From: Candidatus Effluviviaceae Genus I sp.
GTDB taxonomy: Bacteria > Joyebacterota > Joyebacteria > Joyebacterales > Joyebacteraceae
Direction: 5' to 3'
NCBI GenBank assembly: GCA_016867725.1
Contig: VGIX01000003.1
Coordinates: forward strand, 26,866-90,865
DNA: 64,000 bases
Shown: piece after piece, positions 1 through 9,754 of the stretch
Layout of the letters: every line of letters begins with the position of its first letter
Numbering within the stretch: the first letter of the stretch is position 1
Position numbers and translations under genes: made by a program
The notes under the pieces: generated by a model
What the model saw: the letters and a program-made list of their open reading frames with translations, nothing else
Databases searched by the model: none
What the model was told of the DNA's origin: nothing

Positions 1-33
1 TGAGCCGCCCCCGAGCGGCCGTCACATTGGCCC

Positions 34-62
34 TTGTCAGGGCTCGGCACGCGTGGTAGATT
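34..62 (+). promoter_or_regulatory. sigma70-like promoter upstream of tRNA-Pro(GGG): TTGTCA-17-TAGATT
   Basis: TTGTCA at 34-39, 17-nt spacer, TAGATT at 57-62, about 9 nt before the tRNA 5' end at 72. Confidence 0.45.
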
Positions 63-71
63 CTGCGGTGT

Positions 72-149
72 CGGGGCGTAGCGCAGTCCGGTTAGCGCAC
101 TAGCATGGGGGGCTAGGGGTCGCTGGTTCGAATCCAGTCGCCCCGACCA
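72..149 (+). tRNA. tRNA-Pro (anticodon GGG)
   Basis: Hand-folded cloverleaf: acceptor CGGGGCG/CGCCCCG; D-stem GCGC; anticodon stem CTAGC/GCTAG; loop AUGGGGG (U33, anticodon GGG); T-loop TTCGAAT; 3' CCA encoded. Confidence 0.8.
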
Positions 150-192
150 TCACGAGATCAAGGCCGCCGGGGCCGGAGCGGCAACGCGAGCG

Positions 193-1113
193 ATGTTTGC
201 TTACAACCTCTACAGGTTGGGAGCGTTCCTGGCCCTGAGGCTCTCTCTGCCCACCGCGCGCAGGATCGCCGCCGCGGTGGGCAGACTGTCGTGCGCCCTC
301 CAGAGACGCACGCGCAGGCACCTCATCGAGAACCTCCGGACCGCCTTCGGCGACACGATGTCGGAGCGCGAGCTGCGCGGGCTCCGCCTCCGCATCTACG
401 CCAACTTCGCCGTCTTCGTCGCCGACTTCCTCAGGTTCCCGTTCTTCACGCGCGACAACCTGGGCGAGTGGCTGACCGAGCGCAGCATCGAGGGCCTCGC
501 GAGGCTGCGTCAGACCGGGGCCGGGGGGCCGCTCGTCTTCCTCACCGCGCACCTCGGCAACTGGGAGCTCGGGGCGGCGGCCGTGGCGCTCGCGGTGACG
601 CCGCTCACCGTGCTCGCGGACACTCACCCGAGCCCGCGAGTCACCGCGTTCTTCAACGGACGGAGGGAGTCGAAGGGCTGCGCGGTCGTCACTGTGTCGT
701 CGTTCCACCGGTGCTTCAGGGCGCTCAAGGGCGGCGGCGCGGTCGCCATCGTCGGCGACCGACCGGTGACCGGACAGGGCATCCACGCGACGTTCATGGG
801 AAAGACGACGCTGGTCCCCGACGGACACGCCGTGCTGGCGCGCCGGCTCGGAGCGACGCTTGTTCCGTGTTTCCTTCTCATGACGGAGGACGGCCGGTAC
901 GATCTCCTCGTGGACGATCCGATCGTCCCGAGGACGACGGACGACGAGGCGGGCGACGTCCGCGACTGCGTGAACCGCTGTCTGACGGTGGTGGAGCGGC
1001 GCATCCGGGAGCATCCCGAGCAGTGGTACGTCTTTCGGCCCATCTGGGGCGGCGAGGCCGCCCGCACTGCGCGGGGGCGCAGGGGCGCGGCGCGGGTGAG
1101 GAGCGCGCGGTGA
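193..1113 (+). CDS. lipid A biosynthesis late acyltransferase (LpxL/HtrB lauroyl/myristoyl acyltransferase family)
   Basis: 306-aa ORF with the family's HX4D-like region (TAHLGNWE) and a typical length. Confidence 0.7.
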   Translation: MFAYNLYRLGAFLALRLSLPTARRIAAAVGRLSCALQRRTRRHLIENLRTAFGDTMSERELRGLRLRIYANFAVFVADFLRFPFFTRDNLGEWLTERSIEGLARLRQTGAGGPLVFLTAHLGNWELGAAAVALAVTPLTVLADTHPSPRVTAFFNGRRESKGCAVVTVSSFHRCFRALKGGGAVAIVGDRPVTGQGIHATFMGKTTLVPDGHAVLARRLGATLVPCFLLMTEDGRYDLLVDDPIVPRTTDDEAGDVRDCVNRCLTVVERRIREHPEQWYVFRPIWGGEAARTARGRRGAARVRSAR

Positions 1114-1781
1114 GGATCGTGGTCGTCATCCCCTGCAAGAACGTCGAGGAGACGATCGGGCGCCTCGTCGGCCGGATCCGGGAGGTCGCCCCCGCGCTGG
1201 ACGCCCTGGTCGTGGACGACGGCTCCGACGACCGCACCGGCGCCGTCGCCCGGGAGGCGGGGGCGTCGGTCGTCCGTCACGAGGTGAACCGGGGGAAGGG
1301 CGCGGCCCTGAAGACAGGCTTCGCCTGCGCCGCCGAGCGCGGGTACGACGCGGTCGTCACGATGGACGGCGATCTCCAGCACGACCCGGCGGCGCTCCCG
1401 GCGTTCGTCGAGGCGCTCGAGAAGGAGGGCGCGGACATCGTGGTCGGGTCGCGCATGCGGGCCGTCGGCGCGATGCCCGCCATCAGGATCTGGACGAACC
1501 GGACGACCTCCCGCATCGTGTCGCGTCTGGCCGGCCAGGACATCCCGGACAGCCAGAGCGGATACCGCATTCTGAGGACCGACGTCGTGAGGGACCTTCC
1601 GCTCGTGACGTCGCGGTACGACACGGAGTCGGAGATCCTCATCCGCGCCGCTCGGCGGGGCGCGAGGATATCGTCCATCCCGATCGAGTCCATCTACGCG
1701 GGCGGCGTCAGTCACATCAACCCGTTCGTGGACACGCTCCGCTTCGTGAGGCTCGTGCTGCTCAGTCTCTTCTGGCGATAG
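1110..1781 (+). CDS. family 2 glycosyltransferase (polyprenyl-phosphate sugar synthase, DPM1-like)
   Basis: VVIPCKNVEETIG ... DDGSDDRTG ... GKG ... MDGDLQHDP motifs; GTG start overlaps the upstream stop (GTGA). Confidence 0.75.
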   Translation: MRIVVVIPCKNVEETIGRLVGRIREVAPALDALVVDDGSDDRTGAVAREAGASVVRHEVNRGKGAALKTGFACAAERGYDAVVTMDGDLQHDPAALPAFVEALEKEGADIVVGSRMRAVGAMPAIRIWTNRTTSRIVSRLAGQDIPDSQSGYRILRTDVVRDLPLVTSRYDTESEILIRAARRGARISSIPIESIYAGGVSHINPFVDTLRFVRLVLLSLFWR

Positions 1782-1801
1782 GAGGCCTCCTGGACAAGCC
1801 C

Positions 1802-2596
1802 GTGATCCTCGTCAGCAACGACGACGGCGTCCGCGCGCCCGGCATCGCCGCGCTGCACCGCGCGCTCCTGCCGCTCGGTCGAGTGATCGTCGTCGCGCCG
1901 GACCGCGAGCGGAGCGCGTCGAGCCACTCGCTCACGCTCGACGTGCCGCTTCGTGCCAACCGGCTGTCCGACGACGTCGTGAGCGTCGAGGGCACGCCGA
2001 CCGACTGCGTGCTTCTGGCGGTCAAGAACCTGCTGCCGGAGCGCCCGGCGCTCGTGGTCTCGGGCGTCAACCGCGGTCCGAACATGGGGCACGACGTCAC
2101 GTACTCGGGAACCGTCGCCGCGGCGATGGAGGCCACGATCCTCGGCATTCCGGCGGTTGCCGTCTCGCTGGCCCGCTCGCCCGACGGCGCGTTCGACTAC
2201 GGACCGGCGGCGGAGGTCGCGGCGGGGGTCGCGTCCCTCGTGCTCGAGCGGGGGCTCCCGCCGGGCACGCTCCTCAACGTCAACGTCCCGAACGTGCCGT
2301 CCGGGGGCATCGGGGGCGTCGCCCTCACGAGGCTCGGGAAGCAGGTGTACGAGGACTCGGTCGTGAAGAAGACCGATCCGCGGGGACGGGAGTACTACTG
2401 GATCGGCGGACAGAGCTCCGCGACGCCGAGCGGGCCCGGGACCGACTTCGAGGCGGTCGCAAGTGGGCTCGTGTCCGTGACGCCCGTCCATCTCGACCTT
2501 ACCGACCACGGGTCGCTCGCGGCGCTCCGGGACTGGCCCCTGGCGGATGCGCTCGGGCCCCGCGCCGCGGCGGGCCGGGGCGAGGCGAAGTCGTGA
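1802..2596 (+). CDS. surE: 5'/3'-nucleotidase SurE
   Basis: N-terminal MILVSNDDGV...APG, the SurE signature; followed by pcm as in the classical surE-pcm operon. Confidence 0.88.
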   Translation: MILVSNDDGVRAPGIAALHRALLPLGRVIVVAPDRERSASSHSLTLDVPLRANRLSDDVVSVEGTPTDCVLLAVKNLLPERPALVVSGVNRGPNMGHDVTYSGTVAAAMEATILGIPAVAVSLARSPDGAFDYGPAAEVAAGVASLVLERGLPPGTLLNVNVPNVPSGGIGGVALTRLGKQVYEDSVVKKTDPRGREYYWIGGQSSATPSGPGTDFEAVASGLVSVTPVHLDLTDHGSLAALRDWPLADALGPRAAAGRGEAKS

Positions 2597-3243
2597 GAGA
2601 CTGGGACGCGCTTCGCGCCAGGATGGTCGAGGAGCAGATCGCCGCCCGGGGCATCTCGGACGAGCGGGTGCTCGCGGCCATGCGCGCGGTACCCAGGCAC
2701 CTCTTCGTGGGGCCCGGGTTCGAGGACTCGGCCTACGGCGACCACGCGCTTCCGATCGGGGAGGGGCAGACGATCTCGCAGCCGTACATGGTCGCCCTCA
2801 TGACACAGGAGCTCGCCCTCGACGGCAGCGAGAAGGTGCTGGAGGTCGGGACGGGCTCCGGGTACCAGACGGCCGTGCTCGCGGAACTCGTCGACCGCGT
2901 CGTGAGCGTCGAGCGCGTCGCGTCGCTCGCGCGGCGCGCCCAGGAGACCATCGAGTCCCTGGGCATCGCGAACGTCATCGTCCACATCGGCGACGGGACC
3001 ATCGGGCTTTCGGAGTTCGCGCCGTACGACCGCATCCTCGTGACGGCGGGCGCGCCCGAGGTGCCGCAGAGCCTGCTCGAGCAGCTCGCCGACCCCGGGA
3101 TCATCGTGATCCCCGTCGGCGGCCAGGGCTTCCAGGAGCTCAGGGTGATCCGCCGCCGCGCCGGCTCGCTCTCGGAGCGCAACGCGGGCGGCTGCGTGTT
3201 CGTGCCGCTCCTCGGCCGTGAGGGCTGGGGCGCGGCGAGATAG
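2593..3243 (+). CDS. pcm: protein-L-isoaspartate O-methyltransferase
   Basis: TISQPYMVA and VLEVGTGSGYQTAVLA SAM motifs; GTGA overlap with surE. Confidence 0.88.
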   Translation: MRDWDALRARMVEEQIAARGISDERVLAAMRAVPRHLFVGPGFEDSAYGDHALPIGEGQTISQPYMVALMTQELALDGSEKVLEVGTGSGYQTAVLAELVDRVVSVERVASLARRAQETIESLGIANVIVHIGDGTIGLSEFAPYDRILVTAGAPEVPQSLLEQLADPGIIVIPVGGQGFQELRVIRRRAGSLSERNAGGCVFVPLLGREGWGAAR

Positions 3244-3255
3244 GAGGGCGCGGGG

Positions 3256-3756
3256 GTGCTCGAGGCGCTCGCTGAGATGTGGAACGGTCTGTCGCCCGAG
3301 GCTCGCCTCAGGGTGAAGGTGTTCGCGCTGTCGGCGCTCCCCGTCGCGGAGCTTCGCGGCGGGATCCCGCTCGGCGTCGGTTCCGGCATGCCGTGGCGGG
3401 AGGCGTTCCTCGTCGCGGCGGCCGGGAACCTCGCGCCGGTCATCCCGCTCCTCTTCGCGCTCGGGCCGATGACGAGGTTCCTCGAGCGCTGGGCCTTCGC
3501 GCGGCGCGTCATCGAGGCTGTCTTCGCGCGGACGCGCAGGCGGAGCGGCCTCATCGAGCGGTACGAGGCGATCGGCCTCGCGCTCTTCGTGGCCGTGCCG
3601 CTCCCGATGACGGGCGCCTGGACGGGGGTGCTCGCCGCCCACCTCCTCGGCGTGCGGCCGAGGTACGCGGTCCCGGCGGTCGTCGCGGGGGTGGTCATCG
3701 CGGGGGTCATCGTCACCCTGGCCTCGCAAGGGGTCTTGCATCTGTGGCGGCTCTAG
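3256..3756 (+). CDS. small membrane protein, putative small multidrug-export-like (COG2426/PF06695-like)
   Basis: About 4 TM helices; LPVAELRGGIPLG motif characteristic of the family. Confidence 0.5.
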   Translation: MLEALAEMWNGLSPEARLRVKVFALSALPVAELRGGIPLGVGSGMPWREAFLVAAAGNLAPVIPLLFALGPMTRFLERWAFARRVIEAVFARTRRRSGLIERYEAIGLALFVAVPLPMTGAWTGVLAAHLLGVRPRYAVPAVVAGVVIAGVIVTLASQGVLHLWRL

Positions 3757-3764
3757 TGTAGCAT
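3736..3764 (+). promoter_or_regulatory. sigma70-like promoter upstream of tRNA-Pro(CGG): TTGCAT-17-TAGCAT
   Basis: Hexamers with a 17-nt spacer, 12 nt before the tRNA start. Confidence 0.4.
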
Positions 3765-3776
3765 CGCAGTTCACGT

Positions 3777-3854
<78 letters not shown>

Positions 3855-3873
3855 TCCCACAAGGGAGGCACGG

Positions 3874-4347
3874 ATGTCGCCTCGCCCTGTGAGGATCACG
3901 GTGGTCGGTGCCGGCCGCTGTGACGAGAAGACCGCTTCGATCGCCGAGCGCGTTGGCAGGGAGGTCGCTCGCCGGGGCGGTGTTCTCATTTGTGGTGGCC
4001 TCGGCGGCGTCATGGAGGCCGCGGCGCGCGGCGCGAGCGAGGCCGGCGGGCTCACCGTGGGCATCCTCCCCGGTCCGGACGCCGCGGCGGCGAATCCGCA
4101 CATCGCCATCCCCATCGCGACAGACCTCGGACACGCGAGGAACGCCGTGAACGTGCGGGCAGCCGACGCGGTCGTGGCGGTCGAGGGCGGGTACGGGACG
4201 CTCTCAGAGGTCGCGCTCGCGCTGGCGATGGGCATCCCCGTCGTGTCGCCGGCGGACGCCGCGGCCGCGCCGGACGTCGTGCGCGCGGCATCGGCCGAGG
4301 ACGCCGTGGCGACGGCGTTCGCCCTCGCCGAGGGCCGCAGGTCGTGA
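3874..4347 (+). CDS. LOG/TIGR00725-family Rossmann-fold nucleotide-binding protein (lysine-decarboxylase-like)
   Basis: ITVVGAG ... GGVLICGGLGGVMEAAARGA ... VAVEGGYGTLSE pattern of LOG/SLOG-type proteins; strong RBS. Confidence 0.6.
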   Translation: MSPRPVRITVVGAGRCDEKTASIAERVGREVARRGGVLICGGLGGVMEAAARGASEAGGLTVGILPGPDAAAANPHIAIPIATDLGHARNAVNVRAADAVVAVEGGYGTLSEVALALAMGIPVVSPADAAAAPDVVRAASAEDAVATAFALAEGRRS

Positions 4348-5084
4348 CGGCCTCCCGCGCGAGCGGGCGCTTCCGCGCGAGGCTCGCTCTCGGGCTCGCG
4401 GTCGTCGCCCTCGGTCTTGCGGCGACCTCGTGCACGCCGCTCCCGCCGCGCCAGCGCGCCGCGACGGCTCCTCCGGCCGGCCCCGGCGCGCACCACGTGG
4501 TGGCGGGCGGGGAGACCCTCTGGCGCATCGCGAAGGCCTACGGCGTCTCGGTGACGGAGATCAAGGAGGCCAACGGCCTGCGCGACGACACCATCCTCGT
4601 CGGGCAGCGGCTGTTCATCCCGGGAGCTTCGCGCGCGGTCGTCGCGGCGCCGCGGAGGCCGACGGAAGAACCGAGGCAGGCGGGCGACCTCGCGTTCGCG
4701 TGGCCGCTTGCCGGACGGAACAGAGCGTCCGTCAGAAGCCCGTTCGGGACGCGGACCGACCCCATCAACAAGAGCAGGACGTTCCACCAGGGCATCGACA
4801 TCGAGGCGGCGCACGGCGAGCGGGTGTTGGCGGCGGCCGACGGCGAGGTGGTGTTCGCAAGCCGCATGAGCGGATACGGCACGGTCGTCATGGTGGACCA
4901 CGGCAGCCGCACGATCACGCTCTACGCGCACCTGTCGCGGGCCGTCGTCGACATCGAGGAGAGGGTGCAGCGCGGACAGACGGTCGGGTACGTCGGAAGC
5001 GACGGTCGCGCGACCGGCCCGCACCTCCACTTCGAGGTCAGGGTCAGGGGCGCGTCGGTCGATCCGCTGGACCGCCTTCCGTGA
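4344..5084 (+). CDS. nlpD: LysM-domain M23 metallopeptidase lipoprotein (NlpD-like)
   Basis: Lipobox LAATSC; LysM ([29 protein letters not shown]); M23 motifs HQGIDI and GPHLHFE; GTGA overlap with the upstream gene; position after surE-pcm as in E. coli. Confidence 0.8.
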   Translation: MTASRASGRFRARLALGLAVVALGLAATSCTPLPPRQRAATAPPAGPGAHHVVAGGETLWRIAKAYGVSVTEIKEANGLRDDTILVGQRLFIPGASRAVVAAPRRPTEEPRQAGDLAFAWPLAGRNRASVRSPFGTRTDPINKSRTFHQGIDIEAAHGERVLAAADGEVVFASRMSGYGTVVMVDHGSRTITLYAHLSRAVVDIEERVQRGQTVGYVGSDGRATGPHLHFEVRVRGASVDPLDRLP

Positions 5085-5115
5085 CCGCGGAGCGTCGGGC
5101 GAGCGGGGGAGGACC

Positions 5116-5655
5116 ATGAGCGCAGACACGAGGACCGATCTCAGGAGCCTCATCCGGAGCGTCCCGGGTTTCCCGAAGACCGGGATCGTCTTCCGGGACA
5201 TCACGACGCTCGCCAAGGACCCGCGGGGCCTCAGGGCCGCCGTCGATGCGATCGCCGCTCGCTACGAGAAGGAGCGCATCGACGTCGTCGTGGGCATCGA
5301 GGCGCGCGGGTTCATCTTCGGGGCCGCCGTCGCGTACCGGCTCGGCGTGGGGTTCGTTCCAGCCCGCAAGCCGGGGAAGCTCCCGGCGGAGACCGTGCGC
5401 GCCGAGTACGCCCTCGAGTACGGGACCGACGCCATCGAGATGCACCGCGACGCCGTCGCGCCCGGGCAGCGCGTCCTCATCGTGGACGACCTCCTCGCCA
5501 CGGGAGGCACGGCGGCCGCCGCGGTGAAGCTCGTCGAGTCGCTCGGAGGAGAGGTCGCCGCGCTGGCCTTCGTCGTCGATCTCGCGTTCCTCAAGGGCCG
5601 CGACAAGCTGAGTGGCTACGACGTCTTCCGTCTGGTAGAATACGACTCGGAATAG
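5116..5655 (+). CDS. apt: adenine phosphoribosyltransferase
   Basis: PRPP-binding motif [13 protein letters not shown]; length 179 aa. Confidence 0.88.
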   Translation: MSADTRTDLRSLIRSVPGFPKTGIVFRDITTLAKDPRGLRAAVDAIAARYEKERIDVVVGIEARGFIFGAAVAYRLGVGFVPARKPGKLPAETVRAEYALEYGTDAIEMHRDAVAPGQRVLIVDDLLATGGTAAAAVKLVESLGGEVAALAFVVDLAFLKGRDKLSGYDVFRLVEYDSE

Positions 5656-5700
5656 GCTTGCGCGACGCGTGCGACCTCGGCGCGTCTGCTGACGTTGCGG

Positions 5701-5777
5701 GCCCCCGTAGCTCAGGTGGATAGAGCAACGGTTTCCTAAACCGTGTGCCGCAGGTTCAAGTCCTGCCGGGGGTACCA
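5701..5777 (+). tRNA. tRNA-Arg (anticodon CCT)
   Basis: Cloverleaf with anticodon loop UUCCUAA; GCTCAGGTGGATAGAGC D-arm; TTCAAGT T-loop; CCA encoded. Confidence 0.75.
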
Positions 5778-5939
5778 CATGCCGGGGCCCGCTCTGGGAG
5801 CGGGCCCCTTTCTTTGTCCCGCGGGCCGGGCGCCCGGCCTCACGGCAGACGCGGTCACGCGGCCGCGTCCGAAAGCGAAGGCCCCGGCAGGCGGCGCCCG
5901 CCGGGGCCTCTTCGCGATGTCCGTCCTCGTCGTCCGCTC

Positions 5940-8465
5940 CTACCTCACGAGCGCCATCCGGCCGACCTCGGTCACGTCGCCCGCGCGGAGGCGGCAGAAG
6001 TAGACGCCCGACGCGGCGTCGGCGCCGGAGGCGTCCTGCCCGTCCCACGACACGGCATGCTCGCCGGCGCCCAGCTCACCGTCCACGAGCTGCCGCACGA
6101 GCCTCCCGGCCACGTCGTAGATCGCGAGGTCGACGTGACCCCGCGAAGGCAGCGCGAACCGCACCGACGTCCGCGGGCTGAACGGGTTCGGGTAGTTGGG
6201 CGTGAGGAGGAGGCGCGGGGCCGCGGGGCCTTCAGCCACGCTGCTCTGGCTCTCCTCGATCCCCCAGATCTCAACGTCGTCGATGTTCCAGCCGCAGTAC
6301 CGCCAGCTCGAGTCGGTCGTCCCCATCGTCCACCTGAGATAGACCGTCTCCTGCCCGTCGGCAACGGCTGAGATGTCGATCTCCTGCAGCGACCAGGCGG
6401 TCTCCGCGATGGTCCCGCCGTTCTGCCACACGGTCGTGAAGTTCGTGCCGTCGTTGCTGACCCTCACGTACGCGTGATCGTAGATGCTCTGCTCCACGCC
6501 GAGCCAGCGGCGGAACTTGAGCGTCACCGACGACAGAGCGGAGCAGTCGATGGCGGTGGACGTGAGGTGGCGTTCCGGCAGGTTGTTCTCGTAGTCGCCG
6601 CTCAGGTTGTAGCCGTACACGTTCGTGCCGGTGTAGCCGCTCATCGGATCCGGCCCGCCGTACTGGCCGCCGCCGCCGGTCGGCCTCCCGTAGGCCCAGA
6701 GACCCTGCGTCGTCCAGCCCGGGTCCAAGTCCATCGAGAAGCTGTGCACGAGCGTCGGCGCCCCGACGGTCAGAGTGACGCCCCTCGAGGTGTCGCCCAC
6801 GTGGTCCGTCGTGTTGATGAACTGAACGAGGTCGGTGTACGTGCCGTTCCCGAGCGTGTTGGCCGCCGCGTTGATGGACACCGTGACGTCCGCGGTCGCG
6901 TGGCCCTCGAGGTGCCCCGACGCGCTCGAGAGCGTGACCCACGGCTGCGTCTTCGTCACCGCGTAGTCGATGCGGGTGTCGTACTGGTTCTCCAGCGTGT
7001 ACGTCACGCTGGACGGGGTGAAGGGGCCGCCGGCATCGCCTGCCGCGGCGAGGCCTGAGGACGGCGTCACCTTGAGCCCCGCCGCGTTCGGGTCATAGAG
7101 GTCCGTCGTGGTCGCTCCCGTGCTCGCGGGGTCAAGCCAGTTCGACAGGCGGGTCGAGCTCGTGCCGCCGCCGGTCCAGGACAACGAGAAGCTGCCGTAC
7201 CAGTCGGAGGAGTTGTTGCCGCACGCCGCGTAGCCGCCGTGCAGCTGGCCGATGACGCGGTGGTTCTGGTCGAACAGCGGGCTTCCCGACGACCCGGGCT
7301 CCGTCGTGCCCTCGTCCCAGTCCACAACGCGAACGTGCGAGCCGTCACCCGGCGACGAGGTCCCGAGGTAGCTCGTGATCTGCGTCGGGTCGTTCTCGAA
7401 GCTGATGCACTTCACGCCGGTGTCGGGGTGGTGGATGGCCGTGGCGGTGGCCGCGACCGCTCCCGTCCTGTCCCAGCCCGCGAACGTGACGCCCCACGAC
7501 GGGTTCGGGTCCTCGTCGAGCTCCACGAGGGTGAAGTCCGAGTTGGAGTAGGAGGCCCTGAAGTACGAGCCCGTCTGGGAGCTCGACAGCGAGCCCCCGC
7601 TCAGCTGCCCGCACACCGGGCTCTGGTAGTTCCAGTACACGACGAGCGAGGCGGCGTTGCTGGACGTGACCCCGCAGTGCCTGGCCGTCATGAAGTAGGG
7701 CACGCCGTTCGACGAGGTGTTGTTCACCATGAAGCCGGTGCAGAAGAGCGAGCCGCCGGTCGAGATGACGCCCACGGAGCGGATGTCATCCCGCCAGCGA
7801 TCGCCCTGCGGGCAGATCACGTCGATGTTGCACGAGCCCGGAGCGCGGGACAGCAGCTCGCCGAAGCCCCGGTATCCCACGTTGACCGACGTGAGCGTCA
7901 GGGCGAGGGCCGGGACGGCCTTGGTCGGCACGGTCGCCTCGATCACGATGTCGTCCGAGAGGACGACCGGCGTCCACAGCTCGCCGTGCTCCGCGTTGTC
8001 GGCCGCCGTGAACGGCCTGAGGACCTCGCCCATGTCCGCGGCGTAGACCATGAGCCTGCCGCCCTCGGGCATGCGGTAGGTCGTGAAGCCCAGGTTGAGC
8101 GACAGGGCGCCGGGGGAGGTGATGCGCAGGCGCCAGAGGCTCACGCCTCCGTCGAGCTCCTCCCACGACCCGTGGGTCGCCGGGGTCATCGAGACGGGGT
8201 GGGGAACCGCGTACCGCGGCGCCAGACCCTGCCGGTCGCGCTCCTCGTCCTCGATGGCGAGGGCGTCGCGATCGAGCGGGGCGATGGACAGCTGCTCGAC
8301 GGACTCGAGCGCCGCCACGGGGAAGTCCGCCGCAGTGGGGGAGACCGGCTCGGAGGCGCCGTGCGCCACGCGGGGGAGGACAAGGACGGTGACGGCCAGA
8401 ACAGAGGCCAGAACGGCCACGGGACACAGGCTTCGACGGCTGCTCACGGCGATTCCTCCTGCCAT
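5940..8465 (-). CDS. secreted trypsin-like (S1) serine endopeptidase with a pro-region, a MAM/lectin-like middle domain and a C-terminal Por_Secre_tail/FlgD-Ig-like sorting domain
   Basis: Signal peptide MAGGIAVSSRRSLCPVAVLASVLAVTVLVLPRVAHGA; catalytic motifs TARHC and GSSGSP; C-terminal NYPNPFSP...IYDVAGRLVR...WDG...SGVYFCRL. The 1119-aa ORF is over-extended, so the start was placed at the Met of the signal peptide (8465). Confidence 0.75.
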   Translation of the reverse strand: MAGGIAVSSRRSLCPVAVLASVLAVTVLVLPRVAHGASEPVSPTAADFPVAALESVEQLSIAPLDRDALAIEDEERDRQGLAPRYAVPHPVSMTPATHGSWEELDGGVSLWRLRITSPGALSLNLGFTTYRMPEGGRLMVYAADMGEVLRPFTAADNAEHGELWTPVVLSDDIVIEATVPTKAVPALALTLTSVNVGYRGFGELLSRAPGSCNIDVICPQGDRWRDDIRSVGVISTGGSLFCTGFMVNNTSSNGVPYFMTARHCGVTSSNAASLVVYWNYQSPVCGQLSGGSLSSSQTGSYFRASYSNSDFTLVELDEDPNPSWGVTFAGWDRTGAVAATATAIHHPDTGVKCISFENDPTQITSYLGTSSPGDGSHVRVVDWDEGTTEPGSSGSPLFDQNHRVIGQLHGGYAACGNNSSDWYGSFSLSWTGGGTSSTRLSNWLDPASTGATTTDLYDPNAAGLKVTPSSGLAAAGDAGGPFTPSSVTYTLENQYDTRIDYAVTKTQPWVTLSSASGHLEGHATADVTVSINAAANTLGNGTYTDLVQFINTTDHVGDTSRGVTLTVGAPTLVHSFSMDLDPGWTTQGLWAYGRPTGGGGQYGGPDPMSGYTGTNVYGYNLSGDYENNLPERHLTSTAIDCSALSSVTLKFRRWLGVEQSIYDHAYVRVSNDGTNFTTVWQNGGTIAETAWSLQEIDISAVADGQETVYLRWTMGTTDSSWRYCGWNIDDVEIWGIEESQSSVAEGPAAPRLLLTPNYPNPFSPRTSVRFALPSRGHVDLAIYDVAGRLVRQLVDGELGAGEHAVSWDGQDASGADAASGVYFCRLRAGDVTEVGRMALVR

Positions 8466-8660
8466 CCGCGGAACCGAGACGGAGCGTCCGGCAGGCCGCG
8501 GCGCGCCGACCGGACGTGAACCGGCTTCTCCAGACAATGTTACCAGATTGGGCGCGCCGCGTCCAGAGCCGGTCCGGCCGCATGCGGCGGACCACGCGCG
8601 CGCGGCGGCGCCGTCCCCGCTCCTTGACCGCCGCCGCGACTTCTGCGAGACTCGCGCTCC

Positions 8661-9356
8661 ATGGACGCCCTGAACGCGCGCAGCACGCCCGCGCCGCTCT
8701 CGCCGAGCGGCGCGACGACGCGATGGGAGCGGATCGGCGGTGCGTTCTTCCGGGCGCGGAGCGTCACGCCGATCGGCATCCTCGCGGCCGCGCTGCTCTG
8801 GCCGACGCCGGGAGGCCTGACGGCCGCGAGGCTCGCCGGGGCGGCCGCGCTGCTCGTCGCGGGCGAGGCGCTGCGCCTGTGGGCCGTAGGGGTGGCGGGG
8901 AAGCTCACGAGGACGAGAGGCTCCAACGTGAAGGGGCTCGTCACGTCGGGCCCCTTCGGCTTCGTGCGAAACCCGCTCTACCTGGGCAACTTCGCCATCG
9001 CGGGCGGCGTCGCCGTGCTCTCGAAGGTCGGGTGGCTCCTGTGGGCGATGCCGCTCCTCTTCGCCCTCCAGTACGCGGCCATCGTCGCCTGGGAGGAGCG
9101 CGTCCTCGCTCAGGCGTTCGGCGAGGCGTACGACGACTACCGGCGGGGCGTGAGGCGCTGGGTGCCGTCGCCGCGGCGGTACCGCGGCGCGGCCGGCCCG
9201 GCGTGGGCGGCCGGCATCGCGTGGAGGAGCGAGCGCGACACCCTCGTCGGCCTCGCCGCCGTCGTCGCGCTGTTGGTCGTGAAACACCTCGCAGCGCACG
9301 GGAGCATCGCCGCGTTCTGGCTGGGCGCGGCGCGGGCACTGGGGATGGCACGGTGA
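8661..9356 (+). CDS. isoprenylcysteine carboxyl methyltransferase (ICMT/PEMT) family membrane methyltransferase
   Basis: Multi-TM protein with the NPLYLG and EE..L motifs of the ICMT family. Confidence 0.65.
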   Translation: MDALNARSTPAPLSPSGATTRWERIGGAFFRARSVTPIGILAAALLWPTPGGLTAARLAGAAALLVAGEALRLWAVGVAGKLTRTRGSNVKGLVTSGPFGFVRNPLYLGNFAIAGGVAVLSKVGWLLWAMPLLFALQYAAIVAWEERVLAQAFGEAYDDYRRGVRRWVPSPRRYRGAAGPAWAAGIAWRSERDTLVGLAAVVALLVVKHLAAHGSIAAFWLGAARALGMAR

Positions 9357-9406
9357 AGGTCCGGGCGGCGCGAGCCCGGCAGCAAGCGACAGGGAGGAGG
9401 ACCAGG

Positions 9407-9754
9407 ATGAAGTCAGCGCCGAAGTCCGAGCGGGTTCCCGCGCCGGTGACGATGCCGGGCGCGGAGGGCGTCAAGGCGGCGAAGCTCATCGGAGCGGACG
9501 AGAAGTCGCCGACGGTGGGCATGCGGCTCTTCGAGATCGCCCCCGGTGGGAAGACCCCGTGGCACGCCCACGGCTGGGAGCACGTGATCTACGGCGTCGA
9601 GGGGCAGGGGGCGCTCAAGACGGAGCACGGGGACGCGCCGTTCGGGCCGGGCGACTCCCTGCTCGTTGAGCCGGACGAGCAGCACAACTTCGTGAACACC
9701 GGGACGGGCACGCTGCGGTTCATCTGCGTCGTCCCACTGCGCGGAGACATGTAG
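9407..9754 (+). CDS. cupin-domain protein
   Basis: G(X)5HXH(X)nE...H cupin motifs (PWHAHGWEHVIYGVEG ... EQHNFVNTG); strong RBS AGGGAGGAGG. Confidence 0.7.
   Translation: MKSAPKSERVPAPVTMPGAEGVKAAKLIGADEKSPTVGMRLFEIAPGGKTPWHAHGWEHVIYGVEGQGALKTEHGDAPFGPGDSLLVEPDEQHNFVNTGTGTLRFICVVPLRGDM

Noticed and set aside
100-1715. Several long ORFs antisense to, or out of frame with, the acyltransferase and GT2 genes (e.g. 100..1014 minus, 291..1781 plus, 624..1715 minus), all with Arg/Pro/Gly-rich translations
   Set aside because: These are typical high-GC shadow ORFs (stop codons are rare in ~70% GC DNA). They have low-complexity RGRP-type composition and no recognisable motifs, and the overlapping frames encode clearly recognisable enzymes.
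5940-9299. The full 1119-aa extent of the protease ORF (start at 9299)
   Set aside because: The first 278 residues are Arg/Pro-rich, low complexity, and antisense to the ICMT gene. The true start is the Met of a canonical signal peptide at 8465.
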